Shown here: positions 29,587-39,917 of the stretch, in pieces
How the letters are laid out: each line of letters starts with the position of its first letter
Position numbering within the stretch: the stretch's first letter is position 1
Assembly: GCA_965223705.1 (NCBI GenBank)
Contig: OZ245015.1
Span: 2,336,001 to 2,400,000, forward strand
Direction of reading: 5' to 3'
DNA length: 64,000 nt
Source of the DNA: Myxococcota bacterium
GTDB lineage: Bacteria; Myxococcota_A; UBA9160; UBA6930
Notes under the pieces: model-generated
Told to the model about the DNA's origin: nothing
The model's database searches: none
What the model saw: only the letters and a program-made list of their open reading frames with translations
Made by a program: the position numbers and the translations under genes

Positions 29587-31476
29587 ATGCACCCCCTCGA
29601 GCCCTTTCGCGCGGACGAACTCACTGCGGCGGTCGATTTACTGCGGGAGTCGGGACACGTCAGCGATGCCGCCCGCTTTTCCTGTGCCCTTCCGGTCGAA
29701 CCTTCCAAGGAAATGCTGCACTCGTGGCCCGATCGTGCGGGTTGTGAGCGCGAAGTGCGCTTGATCGGCTACGACCGCCAGCGGGGCGGAAGTTTCGAAG
29801 CCCGCGTCTCGCTCACGCAGAAGAAGCTCCTCGAGTTCTCGACGATCGCGGCCGGGCACGCGCCGATTTCGTTGGCCGATGTCGCTCGTGTCATCGGTAT
29901 CACCAAGGCCGATCCGGACTGGCAGGAAGCGATGCGCAAGCGAGGCGTCGCAGACTTCTCCCTCGTTCAGATCGATCCCTGGCCCGGGGGCGGTTTCGTT
30001 CCCGAAGGCGCTCCCGAAGGAGCCCGAGTGATGCGAGCCATTTCGTTCCTGCGCGAAGACGCGTCGGACAACGGCTACGCGCGTCCCGTCGAGGGGCTGA
30101 TTGCCTACGTCGACCTCGAGCGCGAGGAGGTGTTCCGCATCGACGACCACGGCGCGGTCCCGTTCCCGCCGGAGTCCGCGCGCTACGACGCAGCAAGCGT
30201 CGGTCCGCTTCGAGACGACCTCCGGCCGATCGCCATCGAGCAGCCGGAGGGACCGAGTTTCGTCGTCGAAGGTCACGAGATCCGTTGGCAGAAGTGGCGC
30301 TTCCGCATCTCACTGCACCCGACCCACGGGCTTGTGCTGCACGAGCTCGCCTATGAAGACGGGGGTCGCGTCCGGCCGATCCTGCATCGAGCGTCCTTGG
30401 CCGACATGGTTGTCCCGTACGGGGATCCGTCCCCGATGCACCACTGGAAGCACGTGTTCGATGCCAGCGAGGCCTCGATCGGGCATCTCGCGAACTCGCT
30501 CAAGCTCGGTTGCGACTGCAAGGGTCACATCCACTACTTCGACGCGACGCACCTGGGGCCGAAGGGAGAGCCCGTCACCGTAGAAAACGCGATTTGTATG
30601 CACGAAGAAGACTACGGCGTGCTGTGGAAGCACTCCGACTACGAGCGGCAGCAGACGGAGGTCCGGCGGTCGCGTCGACTCGTCGTAAGCGCCATTCACA
30701 CCGTGGGAAACTACGAGTACGGCTTCTTCTGGTACCTCTATCTCGACGGGACCATCCAGATGGAAGTCAAGCTCACGGGCATCGTTGGCATTTCGGCGGT
30801 CGAGCCCGGGGCGGCGACGGACTCTGCGCCGCTCATCGCGCCGCAACTCGCCTCGCCGGTCCACCAACACTTGTTTTGTTTTCGCCTCGATTTCGAGATC
30901 GACGGACCGGAAAACTCCGTCTGGGAAGTCAATGCCGAACCGCTCCCGCCTGGGGCGGAGAACCCGGCTGGGACGGGCTTTGCTTCCCGAGCCCGCCCGC
31001 TCGCACACGAGCAGGAGGCGATGCGCGACGTCGATCCGGGCCGCAGTCGCTATTGGAAGGTCACGAATCCGAACGTGACGAATCGCTTGGGAGTTCCCGT
31101 GGCCTACAAGCTGCTGCCTCAAGGAACGCCGACGATGTTCGCCGACGAGCGATCCGTTTTCGGACGGCGCGCCGGGTTCGCCAAGCACAATCTCTGGGTA
31201 ACCGCCTACGACCCCTCGGAATTGAGCGCCGCTGGTGACTTCACGAATCTCCATCCAGGTGGCGCAGGGCTCCCGGCATACGCTGCGCGGGATCGCCCGC
31301 TCGAAAACACCGATGTCGTGGTCTGGCACACGTTCGGCCTGACCCACACACCGCGCCCCGAGGATTGGCCCGTCATGCCCGTTGAGTACTGTGGCTTCAC
31401 GCTACAGCCCGTGGGTTTCTTCGAACGCAATCCGGCGCTCGACGTCCCGCCGGAGAACTCCGGCTTGCATGGCTGA
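29587..31476 (+). CDS. tynA: Copper/topaquinone-dependent primary amine oxidase
   Basis: TVGNYEYG (TPQ precursor Tyr), HQH copper ligands, HTPRPEDWPVMP. Confidence 0.92.
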   Translation: MHPLEPFRADELTAAVDLLRESGHVSDAARFSCALPVEPSKEMLHSWPDRAGCEREVRLIGYDRQRGGSFEARVSLTQKKLLEFSTIAAGHAPISLADVARVIGITKADPDWQEAMRKRGVADFSLVQIDPWPGGGFVPEGAPEGARVMRAISFLREDASDNGYARPVEGLIAYVDLEREEVFRIDDHGAVPFPPESARYDAASVGPLRDDLRPIAIEQPEGPSFVVEGHEIRWQKWRFRISLHPTHGLVLHELAYEDGGRVRPILHRASLADMVVPYGDPSPMHHWKHVFDASEASIGHLANSLKLGCDCKGHIHYFDATHLGPKGEPVTVENAICMHEEDYGVLWKHSDYERQQTEVRRSRRLVVSAIHTVGNYEYGFFWYLYLDGTIQMEVKLTGIVGISAVEPGAATDSAPLIAPQLASPVHQHLFCFRLDFEIDGPENSVWEVNAEPLPPGAENPAGTGFASRARPLAHEQEAMRDVDPGRSRYWKVTNPNVTNRLGVPVAYKLLPQGTPTMFADERSVFGRRAGFAKHNLWVTAYDPSELSAAGDFTNLHPGGAGLPAYAARDRPLENTDVVVWHTFGLTHTPRPEDWPVMPVEYCGFTLQPVGFFERNPALDVPPENSGLHG

Positions 31477-32368
31477 TTCGGAGCGCCACGCCGACCGCCC
31501 GCGGCGTGGCATCGCCTATATGCTCGCGAGCGAAGGGACGCTCTCCGTGAGCGATGCGGCCGCGAAGTGGCTCGCGCCGCACTACCCCGCGCTTGAAATC
31601 ATCTGGTTCCGATCGCTGCTCGGTATCCTGCCCGCCGCCGTGATCTGCGCGCGGTCACAGCGAGGCTTTCGGACGAATCGACTCGGGGCGCACGCACTGC
31701 GGGTACTCCTCATGATCGCGGCCTGGGGGCTGTTCATCGATTGCCTGCGGGTTCTGCCGCTGGCCGACGCGTTCGCGATCGCGTTTGCTTCACCCATCGC
31801 GATTACCCTCGCCGGCCGGGTCCTGCTCGGCGAGCGGGTGAGCCGCGAGCGTTGGTTCGCCGTCGGAATCGGCTTTGTGGGCGTGCTCGTCGTGTTTCAA
31901 CCCCAAGCGGTGGGCCTGAGTTGGCCGGCGATCGAAGCGTTGTTGGCGACGATTGCCTGGTCGCTCTCGACCATTGTCTCGCGTCGACTCGCCGCCACGG
32001 ATTCGAGTGAGTCCATGCTGTTCTACTACATGGCGGGAAGCCTGCTCGCGACGAGCGCGGCCCTTCCTTGGTTCGACACGCTCCCTGTATGGGAGCACGC
32101 GACGGCGTTCCTCGTCACCGCCGTCGCGGGAACGGCCGGCCATTGGTTGATGGCGCAGGCGTTTCGATACGGAGAAGTTTCGTTGCTCGCGCCCTATGAA
32201 TACTTCGCGATCATCGCGGCGCTGGCGTTGGGCTACCTCATCTGGGGGGACATCCCGGCCCCGCTCACCCTCGCCGGAACGGGTTTGATCGTCGCGAGCG
32301 GCGTCTATTCCGCCCGGGTGGAAGCACGGCGGCCGCTCCTGGCGCAGTCGTTATCTTCGAAGGCGTGA
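31469..32368 (+). CDS. DMT/EamA family transporter
   Basis: About 10 TM segments; LLGERV, APYEY, WGDIP. Confidence 0.88.
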   Translation: MADSERHADRPRRGIAYMLASEGTLSVSDAAAKWLAPHYPALEIIWFRSLLGILPAAVICARSQRGFRTNRLGAHALRVLLMIAAWGLFIDCLRVLPLADAFAIAFASPIAITLAGRVLLGERVSRERWFAVGIGFVGVLVVFQPQAVGLSWPAIEALLATIAWSLSTIVSRRLAATDSSESMLFYYMAGSLLATSAALPWFDTLPVWEHATAFLVTAVAGTAGHWLMAQAFRYGEVSLLAPYEYFAIIAALALGYLIWGDIPAPLTLAGTGLIVASGVYSARVEARRPLLAQSLSSKA

Positions 32369-34149
32369 CTTCCGAACCCGATTGGGACCTGACGCCGTAT
32401 TTCTCAGAGCTCGGCGGAGCGGACTATCGAGCGTTCTGGCGAGAGCTTCGCCGAGACCTCGATACGCTGCGCGAGCGGGCCAGCGGACTGGGTGCGATCG
32501 CCGAAGACCGCGAGGCGTGGGTCGCGTTCTTGCGCGATTTCGAGGGGGTTTCCGAACGCGGCCAGCACCTAGGCTCCTATCTCTCGTGCTTTACGGCGGC
32601 GAATTCCGCGGACGAGGCCGGTCAGCGCGAAGAAGCCTCGTTGGCTGCGCTTCAAGCCTCGCTCCAAAAGCTCTGGATCTTCGTCCGCAGCGCGTTCCGG
32701 GCTGCCGATGACGGTGCGTTCCGCGACCTCGTCGAGACGCCCGTGCTCGAACCGGTCCGCTACCTCCTCGACCGAACCCGACGACGCGCCGAGGCGGACA
32801 TGCGTCCAGAACTCGAAGAACTGAATGCCGACCTCGCCGTCAATGGAATCGACGCTTGGGGGCGCCTCTACGACCGGATTTCCGGCTCGCTTCGTTTCGA
32901 ACTCGAGCGACCCGGCCGACCCGCGGAGAGCCACCCGGTCTCGATGGCGAGAACCTTCCAAGAGGACGCCGACCCCGAAATCAGGCGCGCCGCGATGCGA
33001 GGCAGCGGACGAGCCTGGGAATCGGCGAGCGACTCGGTCGCGGCTTGCCTGAACGCCATCGCGGGCACGCGCCTCACCCTCTACGAGCGGCGGGGGATCG
33101 ATCATTTTCTCGAGCCGGCACTTTTCGACGCGGGCATCGAGCGTGAGACCCTCGATACGATGTGGGCGACCGTGCGCCGCCGGCAGGAGATCCCCCGACG
33201 CTACCTGCGGAAAAAGGCGCAGTTGCTGAGCCTCCCGTGCCTCGGTTTCCAAGATCGCATGGCGCCGGTGGGAAGTCTGGGGAAAGCGCGCATCCCTTGG
33301 GAAGACGCCAAGGCGCAGGTTGCGGGCGCGTTCGGCGCCTCGTATGAGCGCCTGCGCGCCTTTGCCGAGCGCGCTTTCGCACGCCGCTGGATCGACTACC
33401 GCCCCCGCGAAGCGAAACGCCCGGGCGGTTTCTGTTCGAGTTCGAGCCTGCTCGGCGAGTCGCGGATCTTCATGACCTACAACGGCGCGCCGGGTGACGT
33501 ACAAACCCTCGCGCACGAGCTGGGACACGGATTCCACAGCTCACTCATGGGCGATCTGCGCCCGTGGCAGCGCCGCTACCCGATGACGCTCGCCGAGACC
33601 GCCTCGACCTTTGCCGAAAAACTCGTCACCGACGCAGCCTTGGCCGCGCCGAATCTGTCGGACGAGACGCGCCTCGGCCTCATCGATGCGCGACTACAAG
33701 ATGCCGACGCGTTTCTGCTCGATATTCCGATGCGGTTCGACTTCGAGTGCGCACTGTATTCGGCGCGTGCAGAGGGGGAGCTCTCCGTCGGCGAGTTGAA
33801 AGAGCTGATGCTCGAGGCGCAGCGTGCGAACTACGGGGACGCCCTGGATCCGCAACAGCTCGACCCCTGGTTCTGGGCCTCGAAGCTCCACTTCTACATC
33901 ACCGGTCTTTCCTTCTACAATTTTCCGTACACCTTCGGGTACTTGTTCAGCATGGGCCTGTACGCCCGCGCGAAGGCCGAAGGTCCGAGTTTTCTACCGC
34001 GCTACGAGGCGCTCCTCCGAGCGACTGGAAGCGCAGGAGCCGAACGGGTCGCGGCCGATGCGCTCGGCGTCGACCTGCGCGAAGAGGCCTTTTGGGATGC
34101 ATCCATCGACCTCGTCGAGGAGGATCTCGAAGCCTATCTAGCCTGCTGA
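32365..34149 (+). CDS. pepF: M3B oligoendopeptidase F
   Basis: WDL N-terminus, KRPGGFC, HELGH zinc motif, LAETAS, FYNFPYTFG. Confidence 0.9.
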   Translation: MTSEPDWDLTPYFSELGGADYRAFWRELRRDLDTLRERASGLGAIAEDREAWVAFLRDFEGVSERGQHLGSYLSCFTAANSADEAGQREEASLAALQASLQKLWIFVRSAFRAADDGAFRDLVETPVLEPVRYLLDRTRRRAEADMRPELEELNADLAVNGIDAWGRLYDRISGSLRFELERPGRPAESHPVSMARTFQEDADPEIRRAAMRGSGRAWESASDSVAACLNAIAGTRLTLYERRGIDHFLEPALFDAGIERETLDTMWATVRRRQEIPRRYLRKKAQLLSLPCLGFQDRMAPVGSLGKARIPWEDAKAQVAGAFGASYERLRAFAERAFARRWIDYRPREAKRPGGFCSSSSLLGESRIFMTYNGAPGDVQTLAHELGHGFHSSLMGDLRPWQRRYPMTLAETASTFAEKLVTDAALAAPNLSDETRLGLIDARLQDADAFLLDIPMRFDFECALYSARAEGELSVGELKELMLEAQRANYGDALDPQQLDPWFWASKLHFYITGLSFYNFPYTFGYLFSMGLYARAKAEGPSFLPRYEALLRATGSAGAERVAADALGVDLREEAFWDASIDLVEEDLEAYLAC

Positions 34150-34180
34150 GCGCGGTTTTCGTGCGATACTCGTCGCCGCG

Positions 34181-35038
34181 ATGGAAACTTCCGCGCTGCA
34201 TCCGCGTTTCGCCGCCGAAGTCACGGGCATGACTCTCCACGGCTCGCTCGCGAGCGAGGAGCGGATCGCCCTCGAGCGGGCGCTCGACCGCTACGCGGTC
34301 CTGGTGTTTCGAGATCAGCGCCTGAGCGAAGAGCAGCAGATGGCGCTGACCCGCAGCCTGGGTCCGATCGATATGGGCCTGCTCAAGGTGCTCACGAAGC
34401 ACACGAGTTCGAACCATCCGGGCCTGATCGCCATTTCAAACGTCGACGCTTCGGGCGCGTTGATCGATCGCGAGGACAATCGCCTGATGGCACTTTACGC
34501 GAACCAGCTCTGGCACAGCGACAGCTCTTTCAAGGCGCCTTCGGCGAAGTATTCCCTGCTCCTCGCTCTGACGCTTCCGGCCGCAGGCGGCGAGACCGAG
34601 TTCGCCGATATGCGCGCAGCCTACGACGATCTGACCGAGGAGCGACGAGCCGCCCTGGAAGGCGTCGTGGCGGAGCACTCCGCATTTTATTCGCGCATGC
34701 AGCTCGGGGACGCCCAGTACACGCAGGCGGATCTCGATGCGTATCCGACGGTTAGATGGCCCGTCGTTCGGAAAAACGCGAGCTCTGGGAGGAAATCGTT
34801 GTTCATCGGCGCGCACGCGATGCGCGTCGTCGGTCAACCGATTCCCGAGGGCCGGCTCATGCTTGGGGACCTACTCGAGCACGCGACACAACGCGAGTAC
34901 GTCTACCGCCATGTCTGGAGCGAGGGAGATCTCGTGATCTGGGACAACCGCTCAGTGCTTCACCGGGGCAGGCCATACGATCTCGCAAAGAAGCGTCGAC
35001 TCCGGCGCAGCACCGTTGAAGACGCTGCCCTGGCCTAG
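34181..35038 (+). CDS. TauD/TfdA family Fe(II)/2-oxoglutarate dioxygenase
   Basis: WHSDSS, GGETEFADM, WDNRSVLHRG. Confidence 0.92.
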   Translation: METSALHPRFAAEVTGMTLHGSLASEERIALERALDRYAVLVFRDQRLSEEQQMALTRSLGPIDMGLLKVLTKHTSSNHPGLIAISNVDASGALIDREDNRLMALYANQLWHSDSSFKAPSAKYSLLLALTLPAAGGETEFADMRAAYDDLTEERRAALEGVVAEHSAFYSRMQLGDAQYTQADLDAYPTVRWPVVRKNASSGRKSLFIGAHAMRVVGQPIPEGRLMLGDLLEHATQREYVYRHVWSEGDLVIWDNRSVLHRGRPYDLAKKRRLRRSTVEDAALA

Positions 35039-35040
35039 AT

Positions 35041-35070
35041 AGCTGGGCTGGGCGTTGCCCCGGCCCGGCT
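35041..35070. terminator. Hairpin between convergent genes, possible terminator
   Basis: AGCTGGGCTGGG-cgttgc-CCCGGCCCGGCT, 12-bp stem with two G-U pairs; no strong U-tract. Confidence 0.45.
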
Positions 35071-35093
35071 TCGGTCTGTCGCGCGGGTACTTC

Positions 35094-35489
35094 TTAGGGC
35101 TCGCAGAGCACCTCGTTCGCGTGCATCGTATCCAAGTACTCCCGCACTGCTTGGATCTTGCCGTCGCGGACTTCGATCGCGAAGTGGTACTGGTTGTTGT
35201 AGACCCGGCCGTTCGAAATCTCCGCGTGGGAATCGGCTTCCATTGCCACGCGGTCGCCTTCGGCGGTAAAGCTCTTGGGCGTCACTTGAATACCGTTCGG
35301 GGCCATCGGACCTACCTGCGCTAGAAGCTCCGCGAATTCCGATTTCGAGCGAAGGCCGGAAAGCGGAAAATCTCCCGCGACCCACCACGTGGCGTCGTCC
35401 GCCATGAGGGCGAGCGCATCCTCGTACTTGCCCGCGGAAAACGCCTCCCAAAACTTTGTTACGAGCTGCTTGTTGGCTTCGGCACTCAT
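35094..35489 (-). CDS. SnoaL/NTF2-like protein (ketosteroid isomerase-related)
   Basis: ANKQLV, AEGDRV, YNNQY, DGKI...REYLDT. Confidence 0.88.
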   Translation of the reverse strand: MSAEANKQLVTKFWEAFSAGKYEDALALMADDATWWVAGDFPLSGLRSKSEFAELLAQVGPMAPNGIQVTPKSFTAEGDRVAMEADSHAEISNGRVYNNQYHFAIEVRDGKIQAVREYLDTMHANEVLCEP

Positions 35490-35527
35490 CGCGATCTCCT
35501 CGTTGTTCCCTCGAGTCTATGAGCTTG

Positions 35528-36295
35528 CTACGGCGATGTCACGGAGCCGCCCGACGTCACGTAGGTCTGGCCTGTGATGAAGCTCGCGGCGTCACTCAGG
35601 AGGAAATGGGTGAGCGCCGCGACGTCTTCGGGCGTGCCCGTCCGGCGCAGGGGCGTGGCTGCGATGATCCGTTGGCGCACCTCGTCGGTCATGTCCTTCG
35701 TCATGTCGGTGTCGATGAGCCCTGGGGCGATGCAGTTGACACGAATTTCGGGCCCCAATGCGGCTGCGCAGTTGCGGGAGAACCCGATGACGGCCGCCTT
35801 CGACGTCCCGTAGGCGATCAGACGATCCGAGCGGATTCGGCTCGGAACGAGGCCTCCGACGGAAGAGATGCAGACGATATTTCCGTAGCCCCGCTCTCGC
35901 ATCCCGTCTTTCGCGCGCCATACGCTGTGGAACGTGCCGTTCAAGTTGACCGAGAGGATTTCGTTCCAGAGGTCGACGGACATATCGACGTCGTCTTGAA
36001 ATGAGGCGATGCCGGCGTTCGCGACGAGCATGTCGACGGGTCCGAGTTCGGCTTCGACCCTGTCGAACATGGCGTCCGTCGCCTCGAAGGAGGAAACGTC
36101 CGCGCGAACGACCAGGCCGCTTACCCCCTCGTCACGCACCCGGGCCAGCGTCTCTTGCGCGGCGTCGTCGCTCGAGGAGTGATTGATGGCGACGTTGGCG
36201 CCCGCTCGGGCCAAGCGCACGCAAATGGCCCGTCCGATGCCGCGGGAACCTCCGGTGACAAGCGCCGTCCGCCCGGAAAAATCCGCCTCCGTCAT
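35528..36295 (-). CDS. Short-chain dehydrogenase/reductase (FabG-like)
   Basis: TGGSRGIG, NAG, YGTSK, PGLIDTDMT. Confidence 0.9.
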   Translation of the reverse strand: MTEADFSGRTALVTGGSRGIGRAICVRLARAGANVAINHSSSDDAAQETLARVRDEGVSGLVVRADVSSFEATDAMFDRVEAELGPVDMLVANAGIASFQDDVDMSVDLWNEILSVNLNGTFHSVWRAKDGMRERGYGNIVCISSVGGLVPSRIRSDRLIAYGTSKAAVIGFSRNCAAALGPEIRVNCIAPGLIDTDMTKDMTDEVRQRIIAATPLRRTGTPEDVAALTHFLLSDAASFITGQTYVTSGGSVTSP

Positions 36296-36299
36296 GTTG

Positions 36300-37064
36300 C
36301 TAGTGGTTCCACCAGGGCCGATCGGAAAACGCCCGGAGATCCAACTCATGGGTCCACGCCGAGCGGTGTTGCTTCGCGAGGTGCACGTAGGTTTCCGCGA
36401 TTTCCTTGGGTAGCAGCAGTCCGTCGTGCTCCAACCCGCGCGACTTACGGAGCGCCTGGAACTTCTCGGGACCGAGCATCTTGCCCAAGGTGTCGGGGGC
36501 ATCGACGGCGCCGTCCACGATGATGTGCGCGACGTGGATCCCCTTGGGAGAGAACTCCGCGTTCAGCGACTGACAGAGCAACCGCCTGCCGCCCATGGCC
36601 GCCGCGTGAGAGTGCTGGCCCGCGTTCCCCCGTACGGCGGCCGTCGCCGATGTGACGAGGATAGTGCCCTTCCCTCTCTGCTCCATCAGCGGACACACCG
36701 CGGAAGCCAGGCGGAACAGGCCGAAGGTCGCCATCCGCCAGCCCATCTCGAAAGCTTTGTAGGTCGTGTCGGAGAGAGCGCGATCACCGATCTGGGCCCC
36801 GAGGTTGTACACCACGACTTCGATCGGACCGACATTCGCCTCGATGTCGGCTACGCGGTCCTCGATGCTGTTCTCCTCGACCGCGTTGAGCAAAAAACCC
36901 GTCGCCTCGTTGCCGTCACCCTCAATCTCTGAGACCAGTCGATCGAGACCCGGGCGGTCCGTTCGTCGACACAAGCAGGCGTGATAGCCCTCAGCGGCAA
37001 AACGCCTCGCCACCGTTCCACCGATGCCGGCGCCGGCTCCCAGCACCAAACAAACAGAAGTCAT
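36300..37064 (-). CDS. Atypical SDR
   Basis: GAGAGIG Rossmann motif; HAAAM in place of YxxxK; HIIVDG. Confidence 0.8.
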   Translation of the reverse strand: MTSVCLVLGAGAGIGGTVARRFAAEGYHACLCRRTDRPGLDRLVSEIEGDGNEATGFLLNAVEENSIEDRVADIEANVGPIEVVVYNLGAQIGDRALSDTTYKAFEMGWRMATFGLFRLASAVCPLMEQRGKGTILVTSATAAVRGNAGQHSHAAAMGGRRLLCQSLNAEFSPKGIHVAHIIVDGAVDAPDTLGKMLGPEKFQALRKSRGLEHDGLLLPKEIAETYVHLAKQHRSAWTHELDLRAFSDRPWWNH

Positions 37065-37172
37065 TGCAGTTCCTCACGAGTCGATGTCGGTCGGGACCTT
37101 GCCAGAACGCTATTTCGACCGCCGGGGCCCATCTTCGCGTAGGCTCTTGGTGCGAGTTCGCGAGGAGGACCT

Positions 37173-38696
37173 ATGGGGGTTCGTACAGGCACAGAATACC
37201 TGACCGGGTTGCGAGACGGTCGAGAGATCTTTGTCGACGGAGAATGTGTTTCCGACGTCGTGGACCATCCCGCATTCTCGCGCGCCGCACACGAGCTCGC
37301 ACGCGTCTACGACTTTCAGCACGAACCCGACTACCGCGAACGCCTGACGTTTGCGTCCCCAGACGACGGATCCCCGGTCAGCGTTTCGTTCCTCATGGCC
37401 ACAACGAGAGAAGAGGTTGAGCGACGCGTGCGCGGTGAGAGCTTGCGCGCAGACCTCACCTACGGGTTGATGGGCCGCCTGCCCGATTACATGAACGCAT
37501 TCGTCACCGATTTCGCTGCGATCGCCGATCTCGTCGGGAAGGCCAGCCCCGAGTACGGCGAAAACGTGCTGCGATACTGGCAGCTCACGCGGGACCGCGA
37601 CCTCGCCCTGACGCACGTTCTCGTCGATCCGCACGTCGACAAGAGCCGGGGCGTCGAAGCCCAGAACGCGATGCGCGTTGTCGAGGAGAGCTCCGAGGGC
37701 CTCATCGTTGCGGGTTGCAAGATGTTGTCGACCCTCGCGCCTCTGTCCGACGAAGTCATGATCGCGCCCTATATGCCGCGCCAGCCCGGCGAAGAGGCCT
37801 ATACGCTGATCGCCTCGATCCCGGTCGCTTCGCCGGGATTGAAGTTCATTTCGAGGCAGTCGTACGACACCGGTGCAAGCCGCTTCGATCGTCCTCTCAG
37901 CTCGCGCTTCGACGAGCAAGACAGTCTGGCGGTCTTCGACCGGGTTTGTGTGCCGTGGGATCGTGTCTTCCTGTATCGCGATATCGAAATCTACAACCTG
38001 ACCTCACCCGCCTACCCCGGCTACCTCCTCCTGCAAGCTGCCGTGAGAGCCACTGCGAAGCTCCAATTCGTCGCCGGGGTGTGCGCCCTTGTGGCCGAAA
38101 CCAACGGCCGCGCCGCGATCAGCCGGTATCAAGAGCTCGTCGGTGAGCTGTTGGGTTTTTTGGAGATCGCCGAAGGTCTCATCGACGCGATCGGCCAGGA
38201 AGTGGTCCGCAACGTCCACAACCCGCTTCTGCCCGGCGCGGCAGAAGCGGAAGAACGCAAGGCCGCTGTTCCAGGACTCGCGACACTGTTCGGAGGCGTG
38301 GGGCGGACCGCTCTCGGAATCACTACGATTCGCCTGTTCTTCCCGATGGTTCACCAGAAGGCGGCCGAAGCCCTCCGACTCATCGGGAGCAGCGGTCTCA
38401 TCATGACGCCAACAGAGGCGGACTTCCGGAACGAGGCGCTCAGGCCGTATCTCGATCGTTATCTGCAAGGGCGCGATGGGCTCGCCGCGAAAGATCGCAC
38501 GCGCGTCTTCAAGCTCGCATGGGATCTGCTGGGAGAAGCGTTCGGGAGTCGCAGCCTTCTCTACGAACATTTCTTCGCCGGCGATCCCATCAACAACCGA
38601 CTCCTCTACTGGAATCTTCCGAAGAAGGCACACGCTCAGGCCATGGCGGAACGTATGCTCGAGGAGATCATCGCTTCGGAGGCCGAAACACCGTGA
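37173..38696 (+). CDS. 4-hydroxyphenylacetate 3-hydroxylase-family oxygenase component (group D flavoprotein monooxygenase)
   Basis: YLTGLRDGREI, GRLPDY, PLSSRFDEQD, FGSRSLLYE; GAGGAGG RBS. Confidence 0.9.
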   Translation: MGVRTGTEYLTGLRDGREIFVDGECVSDVVDHPAFSRAAHELARVYDFQHEPDYRERLTFASPDDGSPVSVSFLMATTREEVERRVRGESLRADLTYGLMGRLPDYMNAFVTDFAAIADLVGKASPEYGENVLRYWQLTRDRDLALTHVLVDPHVDKSRGVEAQNAMRVVEESSEGLIVAGCKMLSTLAPLSDEVMIAPYMPRQPGEEAYTLIASIPVASPGLKFISRQSYDTGASRFDRPLSSRFDEQDSLAVFDRVCVPWDRVFLYRDIEIYNLTSPAYPGYLLLQAAVRATAKLQFVAGVCALVAETNGRAAISRYQELVGELLGFLEIAEGLIDAIGQEVVRNVHNPLLPGAAEAEERKAAVPGLATLFGGVGRTALGITTIRLFFPMVHQKAAEALRLIGSSGLIMTPTEADFRNEALRPYLDRYLQGRDGLAAKDRTRVFKLAWDLLGEAFGSRSLLYEHFFAGDPINNRLLYWNLPKKAHAQAMAERMLEEIIASEAETP

Positions 38697-38730
38697 GCGT
38701 GCGGAGGTATTCGATCGTCGCGGGCGACCT

Positions 38731-39162
38731 CTAGGCCCAGCCTTCCCTGAGCGGCGCGAGAAAAAACATCTCGACGCGTCGGGTCGCGAACTTCCACTCC
38801 CCGCCGACACGCGCGAAGGTGTCGTGGAGCCGCCCCGAGCCGATCATGCTCGTTCCGTCGCGGGTCGCGCGGTTGTCGAGCGCGCACGTCCCGGAAGCGC
38901 GGTCTCCTTCGACTTCGATGATGTGGTTGCTGAAATACGGCTTTACATCGAGCGGCCAAGTGCCGCGGTAAAAGGTCCTGAGTGCATCGTGGCCCTGGAT
39001 CACGCCCCAACCGAGCGAGGAAAAATCGACGGAGCCGTCTTCGGTGAAAAGACTCGCCATATAGTCCTCGTCCTTCGCCTCGATGGCCATCCCGTAGGCG
39101 TGCGTCAGTTCTTTGATTTTCTCTCGATCCCAGAGTTCCTGAACCATCGCTTCGAGTTTCAC
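38731..39162 (-). CDS. SnoaL/NTF2-like protein
   Basis: DREKIKEL, LFTEDG, HDTFARVGGEWKF; GTG overlaps the upstream TAG. Confidence 0.85.
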   Translation of the reverse strand: MKLEAMVQELWDREKIKELTHAYGMAIEAKDEDYMASLFTEDGSVDFSSLGWGVIQGHDALRTFYRGTWPLDVKPYFSNHIIEVEGDRASGTCALDNRATRDGTSMIGSGRLHDTFARVGGEWKFATRRVEMFFLAPLREGWA

Positions 39163-39908
39163 TAGCGCCCGCCTCCGATGTCGTAGATCACGGTCGTGAC
39201 GTAGGACGCTTCCTCGCCGCACATCCAGACCGCTAGATTCGCGACTTCTTCGGGCTCGCAGATGCGGCGAAGGACCGTCTGCTTCTTCGCGATCTCTTCG
39301 GCCGCTTCGATCCCGATACTGGCTTCGAAGATCTCGGTTCGGGTAACACCGGGCCGTACGCAGGCGACGCGAATGCCCTCCGGCCCGACTTCGCGCGACA
39401 GTCCCAACGTGAAGGAATCGAGGGCTCCCTTGCTCGCTGCGTAAACGACGTCGCCGGGCAATCCACCGTATCGCGCCGCGATCGAGCCGATATTCACAAT
39501 CACACCGCCACGGCCACCGCGGGCGGTCGACATGCGCTTGATGGCTTCCCGCGAGCTCACGAAGACACTGAAGATATTCAGATCGAAGACGCGATGGATT
39601 CTCGCGAGGTCGGCATCCACGATGCTCGTCTCGTAGTCGATCGCCGCGTTGTTTACCAGAGCGGTCACGGGCCCCAACGCCTCATCGGTCTGGCGAAACA
39701 GTTCGACGACGTCTTCCTCGCGACTGACATCGGCCTGCACCGCGATGGCGCGTCGGCCTTTCCGCTGGATCGACTCGACGACCGCGTCGGCGCGATCTTT
39801 TGCGCGGACGTAGTTCACCGCGACGTCGAAGCCGCTCGCTGCGGCTTTTTCGGAAATCGCCGCGCCGATGCCGCGACTACCCCCCGTAACGATCATGACG
39901 CCCGGCAA
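39162..39908 (-). CDS. Short-chain dehydrogenase/reductase
   Basis: TGGSRGIG, NNAA, YAASK. Confidence 0.9.
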   Translation of the reverse strand: MPGVMIVTGGSRGIGAAISEKAAASGFDVAVNYVRAKDRADAVVESIQRKGRRAIAVQADVSREEDVVELFRQTDEALGPVTALVNNAAIDYETSIVDADLARIHRVFDLNIFSVFVSSREAIKRMSTARGGRGGVIVNIGSIAARYGGLPGDVVYAASKGALDSFTLGLSREVGPEGIRVACVRPGVTRTEIFEASIGIEAAEEIAKKQTVLRRICEPEEVANLAVWMCGEEASYVTTVIYDIGGGR

Positions 39909-39917
39909 GTCTTCTCC

